Assembly: GCA_046757525.1 (NCBI GenBank)
Contig: JBHHYI010000039.1
Coordinates: forward strand, 1-27,852
Reading direction: 5' to 3'
Source: a bacterium
GTDB lineage: Bacteria; Zhuqueibacterota; Zhuqueibacteria; Oceanimicrobiales; Oceanimicrobiaceae
DNA: 27,852 nucleotides
The position numbers were made by a program, and so were the translations under genes. Under the pieces are notes generated by a model. It was given only the letters and a program-made list of their open reading frames with translations, did no database searches and was not told the DNA's origin. Below, in pieces: positions 9,209-18,143 of this stretch; positions within the stretch are counted from its first letter, which is position 1; each line of letters opens with the position of its first letter.

Positions 9209-10390
9209 CTATTCTGCTTTGTTCCCAACGATGATGATACGGTCGGGTTGAATGCCCAGATTGACCAGGTACACTTTGACCGCAATCGCTCTCTCCAGGG
9301 CCAGTTGCTTGTCAACGACCTCGTCGGTGTTGCTTTCCTCAAAATCCTTTAATTCGATCTCTTCTTCCGGATTGTCGGTCAGGTAAGTGTAAATCAGCTC
9401 TAAGTAATCTTTGGATTTTTTGAGAATTTTGGCCGTACCAGGTTCGAAGTAGACCCCGTTGGGTACTTCTTCCTGTTGTTCCTGGGGTTTACGGACACTG
9501 GCGGTTTGCTGCGTGCTTTCAGGCACGGTCGAGGTCTCTGCCTCTTTCTCCGAGGAGATTTCATCGTCGACCGGAAAGGTTTTCTTGAAATCATTCAAGG
9601 CTTTCAAGGCGTCCGAGTCGCCGACCTCTTTTCTCGCTCCGCTGGTTGCGATGGCCGGGCGTGTCTCGACCTTTTCCTCAGGTGCGCTGAGCTCCAAAAT
9701 GGCTGCCAGGCTGTCAGCAAGGTCTGCCTCTTCAAGCTCGCTGCTTTCCACAGCCGATTCGCTCACACTGGTGAATTCAACGCCGGTGTCTTTAGCTTTG
9801 CGCTTGTGAAAATAATGGACAAAGCCGATCAGGCCGTTGAAGAAGTTATCGTTTGTGCCGGCGTTGACCCCGTCCAGATCGTCGCCTTTGGTGAGGAAAT
9901 AGTCTCCGGTGGCGTTGAGCGCCCAGTCGTCTGCAACGAAGAATTCAAACCCGAAGCCTACCTGGACGGCGCGATCCCACCCGGAAAAGGGGCTGCCGTC
10001 CGCATGAAGAAACGTGTTGTTGTTGTCGTCGGTCACGTCGAAATGGAAGGCAGCCAGCCCGAAGTTGACGAAAGGCGTCAGTCTGCTTGAAGGCAGCAGA
10101 AAGAGGGTGCCGACCAGCGACGCGTTAAACAAGCCGGTGTTTATGGAATTGAACCCGGTGGCCATTTGGCTGTAAGTCGCTCTGGCCTGCAATGCAAAGG
10201 GCTGGATCGGGGTAAGCCTGAGAAAGAGCCCTCCCGCGACGCCGGTATTGCTGTTGCCGATATCTCCGTTGAGAATGGATCCGCCCATCAGAACCCCTAA
10301 ACCAACGGTGCCCCGGGATGACTGGGCAAAGAGGGTGGAGGTGCAAGCCAGCAACAATGCCGCAACGAGTCTTACATGCAAAGTCTTCAT
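9209..10390 (-). CDS. Outer-membrane beta-barrel protein with acidic linker and degenerate OmpA-like C-terminal domain
   Basis: Signal peptide 'MKTLHVRLVAALLLACTSTLFA'; amphipathic beta strands ending 'LIGFVHYF'; C-terminal 'VYFEPGTAKI...ERAIAVKVYLVNLGIQPDRI'. Confidence 0.8.
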   Translation of the reverse strand: MKTLHVRLVAALLLACTSTLFAQSSRGTVGLGVLMGGSILNGDIGNSNTGVAGGLFLRLTPIQPFALQARATYSQMATGFNSINTGLFNASLVGTLFLLPSSRLTPFVNFGLAAFHFDVTDDNNNTFLHADGSPFSGWDRAVQVGFGFEFFVADDWALNATGDYFLTKGDDLDGVNAGTNDNFFNGLIGFVHYFHKRKAKDTGVEFTSVSESAVESSELEEADLADSLAAILELSAPEEKVETRPAIATSGARKEVGDSDALKALNDFKKTFPVDDEISSEKEAETSTVPESTQQTASVRKPQEQQEEVPNGVYFEPGTAKILKKSKDYLELIYTYLTDNPEEEIELKDFEESNTDEVVDKQLALERAIAVKVYLVNLGIQPDRIIIVGNKAE

Positions 10391-10547
10391 CTTCCACTTC
10401 CTTGTTTATTACGTTAGTGTATATATTGATCGTCAAAATTTCAAGTTTATGAAGCACAAAAATGAAAGAATTGCGACAAATTTTGCTCTATCTTACTGCG
10501 AAGCATGGACCCCGGCCCTGGTCCAGTTTGCTGGATTTAGACGGGGT

Positions 10548-12026
10548 TTACAGAATGCTGCCGGAACCGACATAGGAGGGAATCTCCCCCTGGTAGCGGA
10601 AGATGAGGCGAATGAGGCGAGACATCCATCTTTTTTGCAAACGCACGTAATACTGATCCGCTGCTCTTCTGGCACCAAGCAGCATTGTGGGGTAAGGATG
10701 GACGGTATCGGAGATTTTAGTAAGCTTGAGTCCGTTTTTCATGGACAGGGCGTATTCGTTGATGATTTCGCCGGCCTGGGCGCCGGCCACGTGAGCGCCC
10801 AGAATCTTGCCCGAAGCGGCATGTAGAACGATGACCCCTTCTTTGTTGTGATCGGTCACAGCGCGGTCGATTTTGTCGTACGGAAATTCGATGGTGTCGA
10901 ATTTCACATTTTGCGACTGCAATTCCTCCGCCGTCTTGCCGACGTGGGCGCATTCCGGGTCTGTGTAGGTCACCCAGGGAATCACATTTTGTTCATATTG
11001 AAACAGGGGGAATCGAAATACGGCGTTAACCGCAGCCGTCTTTGCCATGTTTTCTGCCACATGGGTGAACTTCATGAAAGTGGTGATGTCGCCAGCAGCA
11101 AAAATATGTTTTACGTTGGTGCGGCAATACTTGTCCACGGGAATGCCGTTTTTTTCGAATTTCACACCGGCGTTGGCCAGGTTTAGACCATCCACATTCG
11201 GTTTTCGCCCCACTGCCACCAACAGCGCATCTGCCTCAATCTCATGGTTGGCTCCTTTTAAAGGCCCAACAGAAAGCTCATATCTACCCCGAACTTTTTT
11301 CACGGTGTGGATGGTTTGACCATTGTAAAAATCCACACCGTTGTTTTTCAATCGGGTAAAGACCAGCTCCGCGCAATTGGGCTCGTCTCTTATCAGAATT
11401 CTCGGATCCAGGGCAACCACGGAAACCTGTGCTCCCAACGTTCTAAACGCCTGCGCCATCTCCACACCGATGGGTCCATTGCCCATGATCACCAGGTGTT
11501 GGGGAAGCTGCTCGAGCTCAAAGATCGTTTCGTTGGTTAGGAAACCTGCTTCCTGTAACCCCGGAATCGGCAGGATCAAAGGCGAGGCCCCGGCGGCGAT
11601 AATGGCTGACCGGAACGAGATTCTCCAGCTTTCTTGCTCAGTGTGAAGTTGGAGGTTGTGGGAATCGAGGAACGTTGCCTGGCCCTGCAGCGTGTGCACG
11701 CCCTTTGCGTTCATCCTTTCCGGTGAATCTGCCTCTTCGTAAATCTCCTGACGCACCTTTCTGACGCTCTCCATGACTGCTTTAAAATCAACCGTGAAAT
11801 CGTTGAAGCGAACGCCCAGGGACTGTGTCTGCGCGAGCGAGGCAATGTTTTTCGTGATGTGAAGCAGCGCTTTGCTCGGCACGCAACCGTACCAGGTGCA
11901 ATCCCCTCCGAGCCTCGCCTTTTCGATGAGGGCTGTTTTGGCACCAAAACTCGCACAAATGCCGGAGCTGGTCAATCCGGCTGCACCGCCTCCAAGTACC
12001 ACAACGTCGTAATCGTATTTTTTCAT
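10548..12026 (-). CDS. Class I pyridine nucleotide-disulfide oxidoreductase (Lpd/MerA-like, no MerA C-terminal Cys pair)
   Basis: FAD motif 'GGGAAG', redox disulfide 'GGDCTWYGCVPSK', NAD(P) motif 'GNGPIGVE', 'IFAAGD', 'HPYPT'. ATG at 12026 is the likely start. Confidence 0.88.
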   Translation of the reverse strand: MKKYDYDVVVLGGGAAGLTSSGICASFGAKTALIEKARLGGDCTWYGCVPSKALLHITKNIASLAQTQSLGVRFNDFTVDFKAVMESVRKVRQEIYEEADSPERMNAKGVHTLQGQATFLDSHNLQLHTEQESWRISFRSAIIAAGASPLILPIPGLQEAGFLTNETIFELEQLPQHLVIMGNGPIGVEMAQAFRTLGAQVSVVALDPRILIRDEPNCAELVFTRLKNNGVDFYNGQTIHTVKKVRGRYELSVGPLKGANHEIEADALLVAVGRKPNVDGLNLANAGVKFEKNGIPVDKYCRTNVKHIFAAGDITTFMKFTHVAENMAKTAAVNAVFRFPLFQYEQNVIPWVTYTDPECAHVGKTAEELQSQNVKFDTIEFPYDKIDRAVTDHNKEGVIVLHAASGKILGAHVAGAQAGEIINEYALSMKNGLKLTKISDTVHPYPTMLLGARRAADQYYVRLQKRWMSRLIRLIFRYQGEIPSYVGSGSIL

Positions 12027-12060
12027 GGGCGAATCCTTTTCGGTCAATTGCTAAATAGAA

Positions 12061-12096
12061 ACAAAAAATCTCTCGACACCGGTATCGAGAGATTTT
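12061..12096 (-). terminator. Rho-independent terminator downstream of the CDGSH gene
   Basis: 12-bp perfect stem AAAATCTCTCGA (12065-12076) / TCGAGAGATTTT (12085-12096), followed by a T-run on the minus strand. Confidence 0.7.
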
Positions 12097-12152
12097 AGAC
12101 TTTGGATTTTCCCCACAACGTTTATCAGAAGGATGAAAAACAATTCCAACCT

Positions 12153-12389
12153 CTATAACGTACTGTGAGTTCCATCGCAGAATGGTTTGTTGCCTGAATG
12201 TTTGCATCCACACCAGGCGACCGTCTTTTTCTCTGAGATTTCCTCGATGATTGGTGTGAATTCAGTGCCTTTATGGGACCCGTCGCAAAAGGGTTGGTTT
12301 TGGGAGAGGCCGCAAGCGCACCAGGCATATTTCTTGGCTTCCATTTCCAAGACAAAAGGACTTTTCTGAGCAATTTGTGGGTCAGCCAT
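12153..12389 (-). CDS. CDGSH iron-sulfur domain protein (two [2Fe-2S] CDGSH motifs; MiNT/CISD3-like)
   Basis: 'WCACGLSQNQPFCDGSH' and 'WCGCKHSGNKPFCDGTH'; GGAGG RBS upstream. Confidence 0.93.
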   Translation of the reverse strand: MADPQIAQKSPFVLEMEAKKYAWCACGLSQNQPFCDGSHKGTEFTPIIEEISEKKTVAWCGCKHSGNKPFCDGTHSTL

Positions 12390-12448
12390 TTTACCTCCAT
12401 CGTTTGAATTCTTGTAGACTTTTGTACAACAGTCAGAAATTTACCAAG

Positions 12449-12477
12449 AAAGTAATCCTCAGGGGTCAAAATTGCAA
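12449..12477 (-). promoter_or_regulatory. Candidate sigma70 promoter for the CDGSH gene (TTGCAA-17-TACTTT)
   Basis: Minus-strand hexamers at 12477-12472 and 12454-12449. Confidence 0.35.
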
Positions 12478-12703
12478 GGAAATTATTGTTTACCCACTCT
12501 TTTGTGACAAGTCCGGTTAACAGATTTCAGAATAAACTATCAAACTGGTTTTTGGGTTTTCCTATTCCTGCGAAAATTCAGCTAAACGAAAGGTTCCTTT
12601 CCTCGACGGAGGTGAAATCGAATAGTGTCCACAAGAAAGCTGTGTTCAGGTTTGCCTGACAGGGCTTGCCATTCAGTACATTTGAGATATTCTGCGAGTT
12701 GGT

Positions 12704-13459
12704 TCAAGCAATTCTGGTCAGGAAATTCTTGGCGATGCTGCCCAGGTAGATCGGATATTGACACCGTCGCTTCAATTCCGCAGCCAACTGCCTGCCGCCT
12801 TTCTGGTCTAAATCAGCCTTGTTCAACAATATGGCAACGCTGGCCGCTCGAGGGACGAATCTGAGATAACTCTCTGGAGACAAAAGCTCGTTGGCAATGA
12901 TTGTGGGCGTTAGCGTGGTTCCCAACGGCAGATTCCATTTGCGCGAGAACAGCTCCGCCCGGTGCACATGATCCTCGTGCAACGGTTTGCCAACCACGTT
13001 CACCCCGCAGATAATGACCACTGAAGTTGTCGACTCCGGAATCACTGGCTCAAACGCCTTGTGGGTTTTGATGGCTCTCTGGCGACAGCCATCTGCTTCC
13101 AGGAGGATTAGATCGGCCAGCTTTCGCAGGGCCGCAAACTCGTTTGAGTCAACACCAGATAGTTTGCCGGCTTTGGAGTCGCTCTTGTAGTAATCTTTGG
13201 CGAGCTGCACCTCTTGTTTCTCGCGGAGAATTTTCTCGATCTGCTGCAAATAATCCGGGTTTTCATTTTGCATGACCAGGGCGATCTCAGGAATATATTG
13301 AAACTTCGTGGTGGTTGAAATCAGAAGCTTGACGTCTTGTCCCCTCAGTTCGCAGGCCACTTGATTTAGAAACGAGGATTTGCCGCCGCCGCCGATGACT
13401 GAAACGACCTGGCCTTTTAATTTGTCGATATCCGACGCAATCAGATGATGAAAATGCAT
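12704..13459 (-). CDS. yqeC: Putative selenium-dependent molybdenum hydroxylase accessory protein YqeC
   Basis: 'VVSVIGGGGKSS', 'STTTK', 'LLEADG', 'HKAFEPVIP', 'LLNKAD'. The likely start is ATG 13459 (AAAGG RBS); the extra 66 codons up to 13657 do not look like the family. Confidence 0.8.
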   Translation of the reverse strand: MHFHHLIASDIDKLKGQVVSVIGGGGKSSFLNQVACELRGQDVKLLISTTTKFQYIPEIALVMQNENPDYLQQIEKILREKQEVQLAKDYYKSDSKAGKLSGVDSNEFAALRKLADLILLEADGCRQRAIKTHKAFEPVIPESTTSVVIICGVNVVGKPLHEDHVHRAELFSRKWNLPLGTTLTPTIIANELLSPESYLRFVPRAASVAILLNKADLDQKGGRQLAAELKRRCQYPIYLGSIAKNFLTRIA

Positions 13460-13825
13460 GACAGCTACCTTTCGAGATGGAAGTCGGGCAAGGATTTGTT
13501 GAAAGCTCTTGACACCTTTATGATTACCATGCGTTGCAACAGGCTCAGTTTCGATTTGTGTGGGCCTGGCAGCTTGTCGCCAAAGTTTTTTAGAGCTTCT
13601 GAGAAACGCCTGCGCTTCGTAACGTAAACGTCTCGTTTGCGAGGGCGCTTCTTTCATTTAAAAGCACGCAAAGCGTGTACAGTGCTTTTGCTGAATCGGG
13701 TTGGTCCTGTTTAAAGCGAAATTCAGGGTGCTTTTTCTAACCGTGGAGTTTAACAATTTCGCATTTAAAAATCAAGAAGGGAACAATCCGGGTCATCATT
13801 TAATTGCAAAAGGCCCATTTTTCGC

Positions 13826-13906
13826 TTGCTTGTCAAGTGCGATTTTCTATATTTAGAAGGGGGTGTAGAAGAGCCGCTTTGCTTTCGTAAGTCATTGTTT
13901 TATAAT
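13826..13906 (+). promoter_or_regulatory. Tandem candidate sigma70 promoters upstream of icd
   Basis: TTGCTT(13826)-16-TATATT(13848) and TTGCTT(13879)-16-TATAAT(13901). Confidence 0.45.
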
Positions 13907-13984
13907 AGGAATAACCAAAACAAATTCTGCAAGAAAATATCTTTTGCAACCAGGACTTTAATTTCTTACTGAAGGAGATGCATT

Positions 13985-15184
13985 ATGACAAATTCGGCAA
14001 TTGAGCAAGCTAAGGAACATTTTGGAAATCTCATCGAGGCGCAATTGCGTCGGATTGAACGGATGAAAGCTGCGGCCGACTGGGTCGATTATGGCACGCT
14101 AAAGCCGATCATCATCGGCATCGTCGGTGGCGACGGCATCGGCCCTTTCATTGCGGCGGAGGCGCAGCGGGTGTTGGAATTCCTGTTGCGGGGGGAAGCG
14201 AGCCAGGGCAACGTGGAGCTTCGCGTCATTGAAGGACTGACGATTGAGCGGCGTGCTGAACTCGGCAAGGCGATTCCGGATGATGTACTGGCCGAGACTA
14301 AGAAATGCCACGTCATTCTGAAAGGCCCGACCACCACGCCGCGTAAAGGCGATCCCTGGCCCAACGTGGAAAGCGCTAACGTGGCCATGCGCAAAGAGTT
14401 GGATTTGTTTGCTAATGTTCGTCCGGTGAAGGTGCCTGAGGCGGGCATCGATTGGATTTTCTTTCGTGAAAACACCGAAGGTGGGTACGTGCTGGGCAGC
14501 CAGGGAATCAACGTTACCAGCGACCTGGCCATCGATTTTACCGCCGTGACAACTCAGGGTAGCGAACGCATCATTCGGCTGGCTTTTGAATATGCCAGGA
14601 AGAACCACCGCAAGCGTGTGACTCTGGTTACCAAAGCCAACGTGATCAAAACCACCGATGGCAAGTTCCTGGACCTCGGTTACAAAGTCGCCAAAGAGTA
14701 CCCGGAAATCGAATGTGACGACTGGTACATCGACATCATGACTGCCAAACTGGTAGACCCCAAGCGGCGCTCGCAGTTTCAGGTTTTGGTGCTGCCCAAT
14801 CTGTATGGCGACATCTTAACCGACGAAGCGGCGGAATTTCAGGGCGGCGTGGGTACCGCCGGCAGCGCCAACATTGGCAAGCAATATGCCATGTTCGAAG
14901 CCATTCACGGCAGCGCACCGCGCATGGTTAAAGAGGGGAGGGCGCAGTACGCAGACCCTGCCAGCATGATTCGCGCCGCCGCCATGCTTCTGAGACACAT
15001 CGGCCGCGAAGACAAAGCCAAAAGATTGGAAATGGCTCTGGACATTTGTGGCCAGTATGAGAGAAAATTCGTGATTACCGGCAGAGCTACCGGTGCCAGC
15101 GGTAAGGAATACTCTGATTACCTCATGGAAACCCTCAGGGACGACAATCTCGCTGCCAAATGGCAGAGCTTCCAGTCCTCTTGA
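13985..15184 (+). CDS. icd: Isocitrate dehydrogenase (isocitrate/isopropylmalate dehydrogenase family)
   Basis: 'GDGIGP', 'KGPTTTP', 'ESANVAMRK', 'NVRP', 'FRENTE', 'TKANV', 'NLYGDILTDEAA', 'FEAIHGSAP'; AAGGAG RBS; adjacent to citrate synthase. Confidence 0.8.
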   Translation: MTNSAIEQAKEHFGNLIEAQLRRIERMKAAADWVDYGTLKPIIIGIVGGDGIGPFIAAEAQRVLEFLLRGEASQGNVELRVIEGLTIERRAELGKAIPDDVLAETKKCHVILKGPTTTPRKGDPWPNVESANVAMRKELDLFANVRPVKVPEAGIDWIFFRENTEGGYVLGSQGINVTSDLAIDFTAVTTQGSERIIRLAFEYARKNHRKRVTLVTKANVIKTTDGKFLDLGYKVAKEYPEIECDDWYIDIMTAKLVDPKRRSQFQVLVLPNLYGDILTDEAAEFQGGVGTAGSANIGKQYAMFEAIHGSAPRMVKEGRAQYADPASMIRAAAMLLRHIGREDKAKRLEMALDICGQYERKFVITGRATGASGKEYSDYLMETLRDDNLAAKWQSFQSS

Positions 15185-15231
15185 GTGATGACGCCACCGT
15201 CATCAAAGCCTGACATTCCACGCTTCTGCTT

Positions 15232-15266
15232 AAACACCCCCTTGAGAGGGCCAGGGGGGTGTTTTT
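15232..15266 (+). terminator. Rho-independent terminator after icd
   Basis: Stem AAACACCCCCTTG / CAGGGGGGTGTTT followed by a T-run. A second small hairpin TGATGACG-ccac-CGTCATCA lies at 15186-15205. Confidence 0.7.
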
Positions 15267-15626
15267 GCAAATATCCTGGGCACAATCCAACCTGTTGATT
15301 AACGAGACCAACGGAGACGGTGACTTCGACGAGGCCTGCGCGACGCCAGCCGTGCTGGATTTGAAGAGCTTGCGGGCCAGGAAGGTGTTGAAGCTGGCAG
15401 TGTTTCGGCCAGAGGGGTTTTAGGCAAGCTCGCATTGCCTAATGCGCCATTCAGTTTGCGCGATGTGTATACAAATGCTGCGTTTGTGCCAATGTTGAGT
15501 CTCCTGGTATTCAACCGGGAAATTGCACAAAAACGTTTTTGAAATTCAAACAAATTTCTTATATTCCGCTACCCGTTGTTTGTTTTGCGTTGCAGCACAA
15601 GAAGAAACTTTGAGAGGAGCGTTTGT

Positions 15627-16877
15627 ATGAGCTTTACGGAAGTCACAGAATTGGTGCGCCAGGCAAAACTCAAGGCCACCCGAGAAACCGATGCCGAACC
15701 AGAGCCTGCCCTGACCCATGAGGTCACCTGGCCACTGGAGGTCAAAATTGGCAAGGGTTTGGAGGGGGCCATCAGCAATACCACTCAGATTGGTTACGTC
15801 AACGGGGCCAAAGGGTGGCTGGTTTACCGCGGCTACAATTGTTTCGACCTTGCAGAGAAGTCCACCTTTGAAGAAACGACCTACTTGCTGTTGTACGGAG
15901 AATTGCCGACCAAAACTGAACTGGAGGCGTTTAAGGAGAAACTGTTGGCCCACCGCAAAGTGCCGCAGCCCGTCCTGGAAGTTTTGCGCACCATTCCGAC
16001 TGAGAAAACTCATCCCATGTCGGCGTTGCGTACCGCAGTCTCGGTTCTGGGCACTTTGGACGAACAGGCAGAAGAGACTTCGCCAGAAGCGGAGAGGGAA
16101 AAGGCAGTCAAACTTGTCGCCAAGATGGCCACCCTTACGGGCGCCATTGCACGCATCCGGCGGGGTGAGGAGCCCCTTGAACCCGATCCAAAACTCTCCC
16201 ACGCAGGAAATTTTCTCTTCACCATGACGGGACAAGCCCCTGACCCAACGTTGGAACGCATCATGGATATCGCGCTCATCTTGCACGCGGATCACGGCAT
16301 GAACGCTTCTACTTTTACCACCATGGTCATCAGCTCCTCTCTTTCCGACGTATACAGTGCGGTGGTCGGCGGCATTGGCAGCTTGAAGGGCCCTCTGCAC
16401 GGCGGCGCCAATGAGCGCGTGCTTTACGATTTGCAGGAAATCGGCACTCCGGAAAAGGTGGCTGCGTGGTTTGCGAAAGCCCGCGCCAGCAAAAGGAAAG
16501 TCATGGGATTCGGGCACCGGGTGTACAAAGCTTACGACCCGCGTGCGCGCATCCTGGGTCCGCTGGCCCAACTGATGACGCATGGGAATCCGAAATTCCG
16601 GCTTTTGTACGAAACCGCCGCAAAATTGGAAGAAGTCGTATGTGCCGAGTTGGGCAAAGAGAAGAAAATCTTTCCAAATGTCGATTTTTATTCCGGCATC
16701 GTTTACAAAGCTATGGGCATCGAGCCGGTCATGTTCACGCCCATCTTTGCCGTGAGTCGCATTGCCGGCTGGACCGCCAGAACGCTGGAATATCTGTCTG
16801 AAAATCGCATCTTCCGGCCGCGGGCCATCTACACCGGGCCTCTGAAGAAGGACTACGTCGCAATCGAAGCAAGGTGA
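15627..16877 (+). CDS. gltA: Citrate synthase (citrate/2-methylcitrate synthase family)
   Basis: 'GLEG', 'LVYRGY', 'HADHGMNAST', 'GPLHGGANE', 'MGFGHRVYK', 'PNVDFYSG', 'RIFRP'; ATG 15627 with GAGGAG RBS. Confidence 0.9.
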   Translation: MSFTEVTELVRQAKLKATRETDAEPEPALTHEVTWPLEVKIGKGLEGAISNTTQIGYVNGAKGWLVYRGYNCFDLAEKSTFEETTYLLLYGELPTKTELEAFKEKLLAHRKVPQPVLEVLRTIPTEKTHPMSALRTAVSVLGTLDEQAEETSPEAEREKAVKLVAKMATLTGAIARIRRGEEPLEPDPKLSHAGNFLFTMTGQAPDPTLERIMDIALILHADHGMNASTFTTMVISSSLSDVYSAVVGGIGSLKGPLHGGANERVLYDLQEIGTPEKVAAWFAKARASKRKVMGFGHRVYKAYDPRARILGPLAQLMTHGNPKFRLLYETAAKLEEVVCAELGKEKKIFPNVDFYSGIVYKAMGIEPVMFTPIFAVSRIAGWTARTLEYLSENRIFRPRAIYTGPLKKDYVAIEAR

Positions 16878-16920
16878 TGCCCGGTCTTGCCCTTGGCCTG
16901 GGCCGAAACTGAATCATGGG

Positions 16921-16952
16921 AGGGAGTCGCTGGTGGCGGACTCCCTTTTTTT
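16921..16952 (+). terminator. Rho-independent terminator after citrate synthase
   Basis: AGGGAGTC...GACTCCCT stem followed by a T-run. Confidence 0.75.
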
Positions 16953-16994
16953 CTGGTGCAAAATGCTTAATACTTAATACATAAGGAGCACAAA

Positions 16995-18134
16995 ATGAGC
17001 GATCAAGGCAGACACACTGTTATCATCGACGCCGTGCGTAGCCCCATTGGGGTCAAGAACGGCAAGCTGGTGGGCATTCGAGCCGACGAGTTGGCAGCTC
17101 AAGTAGTTCGGGGTTTGCTGCAAAGAAATCCTCAGTTTTCCAAAGAGAAGATTGAGGATGTGGTTCTGGGCTGCGCCTTTCCCGAAGCCACACAGGGCAT
17201 GCTCATCGCCCGCGGCGTTTCTTTGTTGGCTGGCATTCCGGAAAGCGCTGGCGCCAAGGTTGTCAACCGGTTTTGCGGTTCGTCCATGGACGCGGCACAC
17301 CAAATCGATCGCGCCATTTTGGCCGGTGACATCGAGGCCGGCATTGCTGGTGGCGTCGAAGACATGTTCTCCATTCCCATGGGCGGCTTCAATCCCAGTT
17401 TTCATCCCAGGCTCGCCGAAATGCAATTTTACATGGGCATGGGGGAGACCGCTGAGAATCTGGCCCGGGATGGTAACATCAGCCGGGAGGAACAGGAGGA
17501 GTTTTCCGTCCGGTCCCATACCAAAGCGCTGGACGCCTGGAAAAACGGTCGCTTCGACAACGAGGGGATTCCGATTAAGTTCAACGGCACCGTGGTAGAT
17601 AAAGACGAGGGACCGCGGGAACCTGACCTGGAAAAGATCAGGTCGCTGCAACCTGCTTTCTTGAAAGATGGCACGGTGACGGCGGCAACCAGCAGTCCTT
17701 ATTCCATCGGCGCTTCGGCCTTGCTGCTTACCAGCAATGAGTTGGCTTTGCAACTGGATTTGAAACCCAGGGCCAGAATGGTGGCGCGAGCGTTCGCCGG
17801 GGTGGACTGGACCCGCATGGGCATGGGGCCGATTCCGGCAACAGAAAAAGTTCTGCAAAAAGCCAACATGACCATGGATCAGATCGACGTGATCGAACTC
17901 AACGAAGCTTTTGCCGCCCAATCGCTTTACGTCATCAGAAAAGCTGGCTGGCCCATGGAGAAGGTCAATCTCAACGGCGGCGCCATCGCCCTGGGGCATC
18001 CGCTGGGGTGTTCTGGCGCCAGAATCCTGACCACGCTGCTCAACGTCATGGAGCAGCAAAAAGGCAAATTCGGACTGGCCACCATGTGCATCGGCGGCGG
18101 TCAGGGCATCGCCACCATCATCGAAAGATTGTAG
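16995..18134 (+). CDS. fadA: Acetyl-CoA C-acyltransferase (3-ketoacyl-CoA thiolase)
   Basis: 'NRFCGSS' (acylated Cys), 'NEAFAAQ', 'GHPLGCSG', 'MCIGGGQG'; AAGGAG RBS. Confidence 0.92.
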   Translation: MSDQGRHTVIIDAVRSPIGVKNGKLVGIRADELAAQVVRGLLQRNPQFSKEKIEDVVLGCAFPEATQGMLIARGVSLLAGIPESAGAKVVNRFCGSSMDAAHQIDRAILAGDIEAGIAGGVEDMFSIPMGGFNPSFHPRLAEMQFYMGMGETAENLARDGNISREEQEEFSVRSHTKALDAWKNGRFDNEGIPIKFNGTVVDKDEGPREPDLEKIRSLQPAFLKDGTVTAATSSPYSIGASALLLTSNELALQLDLKPRARMVARAFAGVDWTRMGMGPIPATEKVLQKANMTMDQIDVIELNEAFAAQSLYVIRKAGWPMEKVNLNGGAIALGHPLGCSGARILTTLLNVMEQQKGKFGLATMCIGGGQGIATIIERL

Positions 18135-18143
18135 GGGGTGGCC

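Noticed and set aside
10548..12026. Mercuric reductase (merA) call
   Set aside because: No C-terminal vicinal Cys pair, no NmerA domain and no mer operon genes.
13460..13690. Possible Moco-type riboswitch or 66-aa N-terminal extension upstream of yqeC
   Set aside because: There are some hairpins (e.g. AAAAGCAC/GTGCTTTT at 13660-13689), but I cannot match the Moco RNA consensus by eye; an Infernal/Rfam scan would decide. The extension does not resemble the family.
15182..15205. TGA plus immediate hairpin after icd as a possible selenocysteine/SECIS readthrough (prompted by the nearby yqeC)
   Set aside because: The TGA falls at the natural C-terminus, and the readthrough peptide runs through a terminator with no redox motif.
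15546..16583. 345-aa antisense ORF over citrate synthase
   Set aside because: Antisense shadow ORF with no family features.
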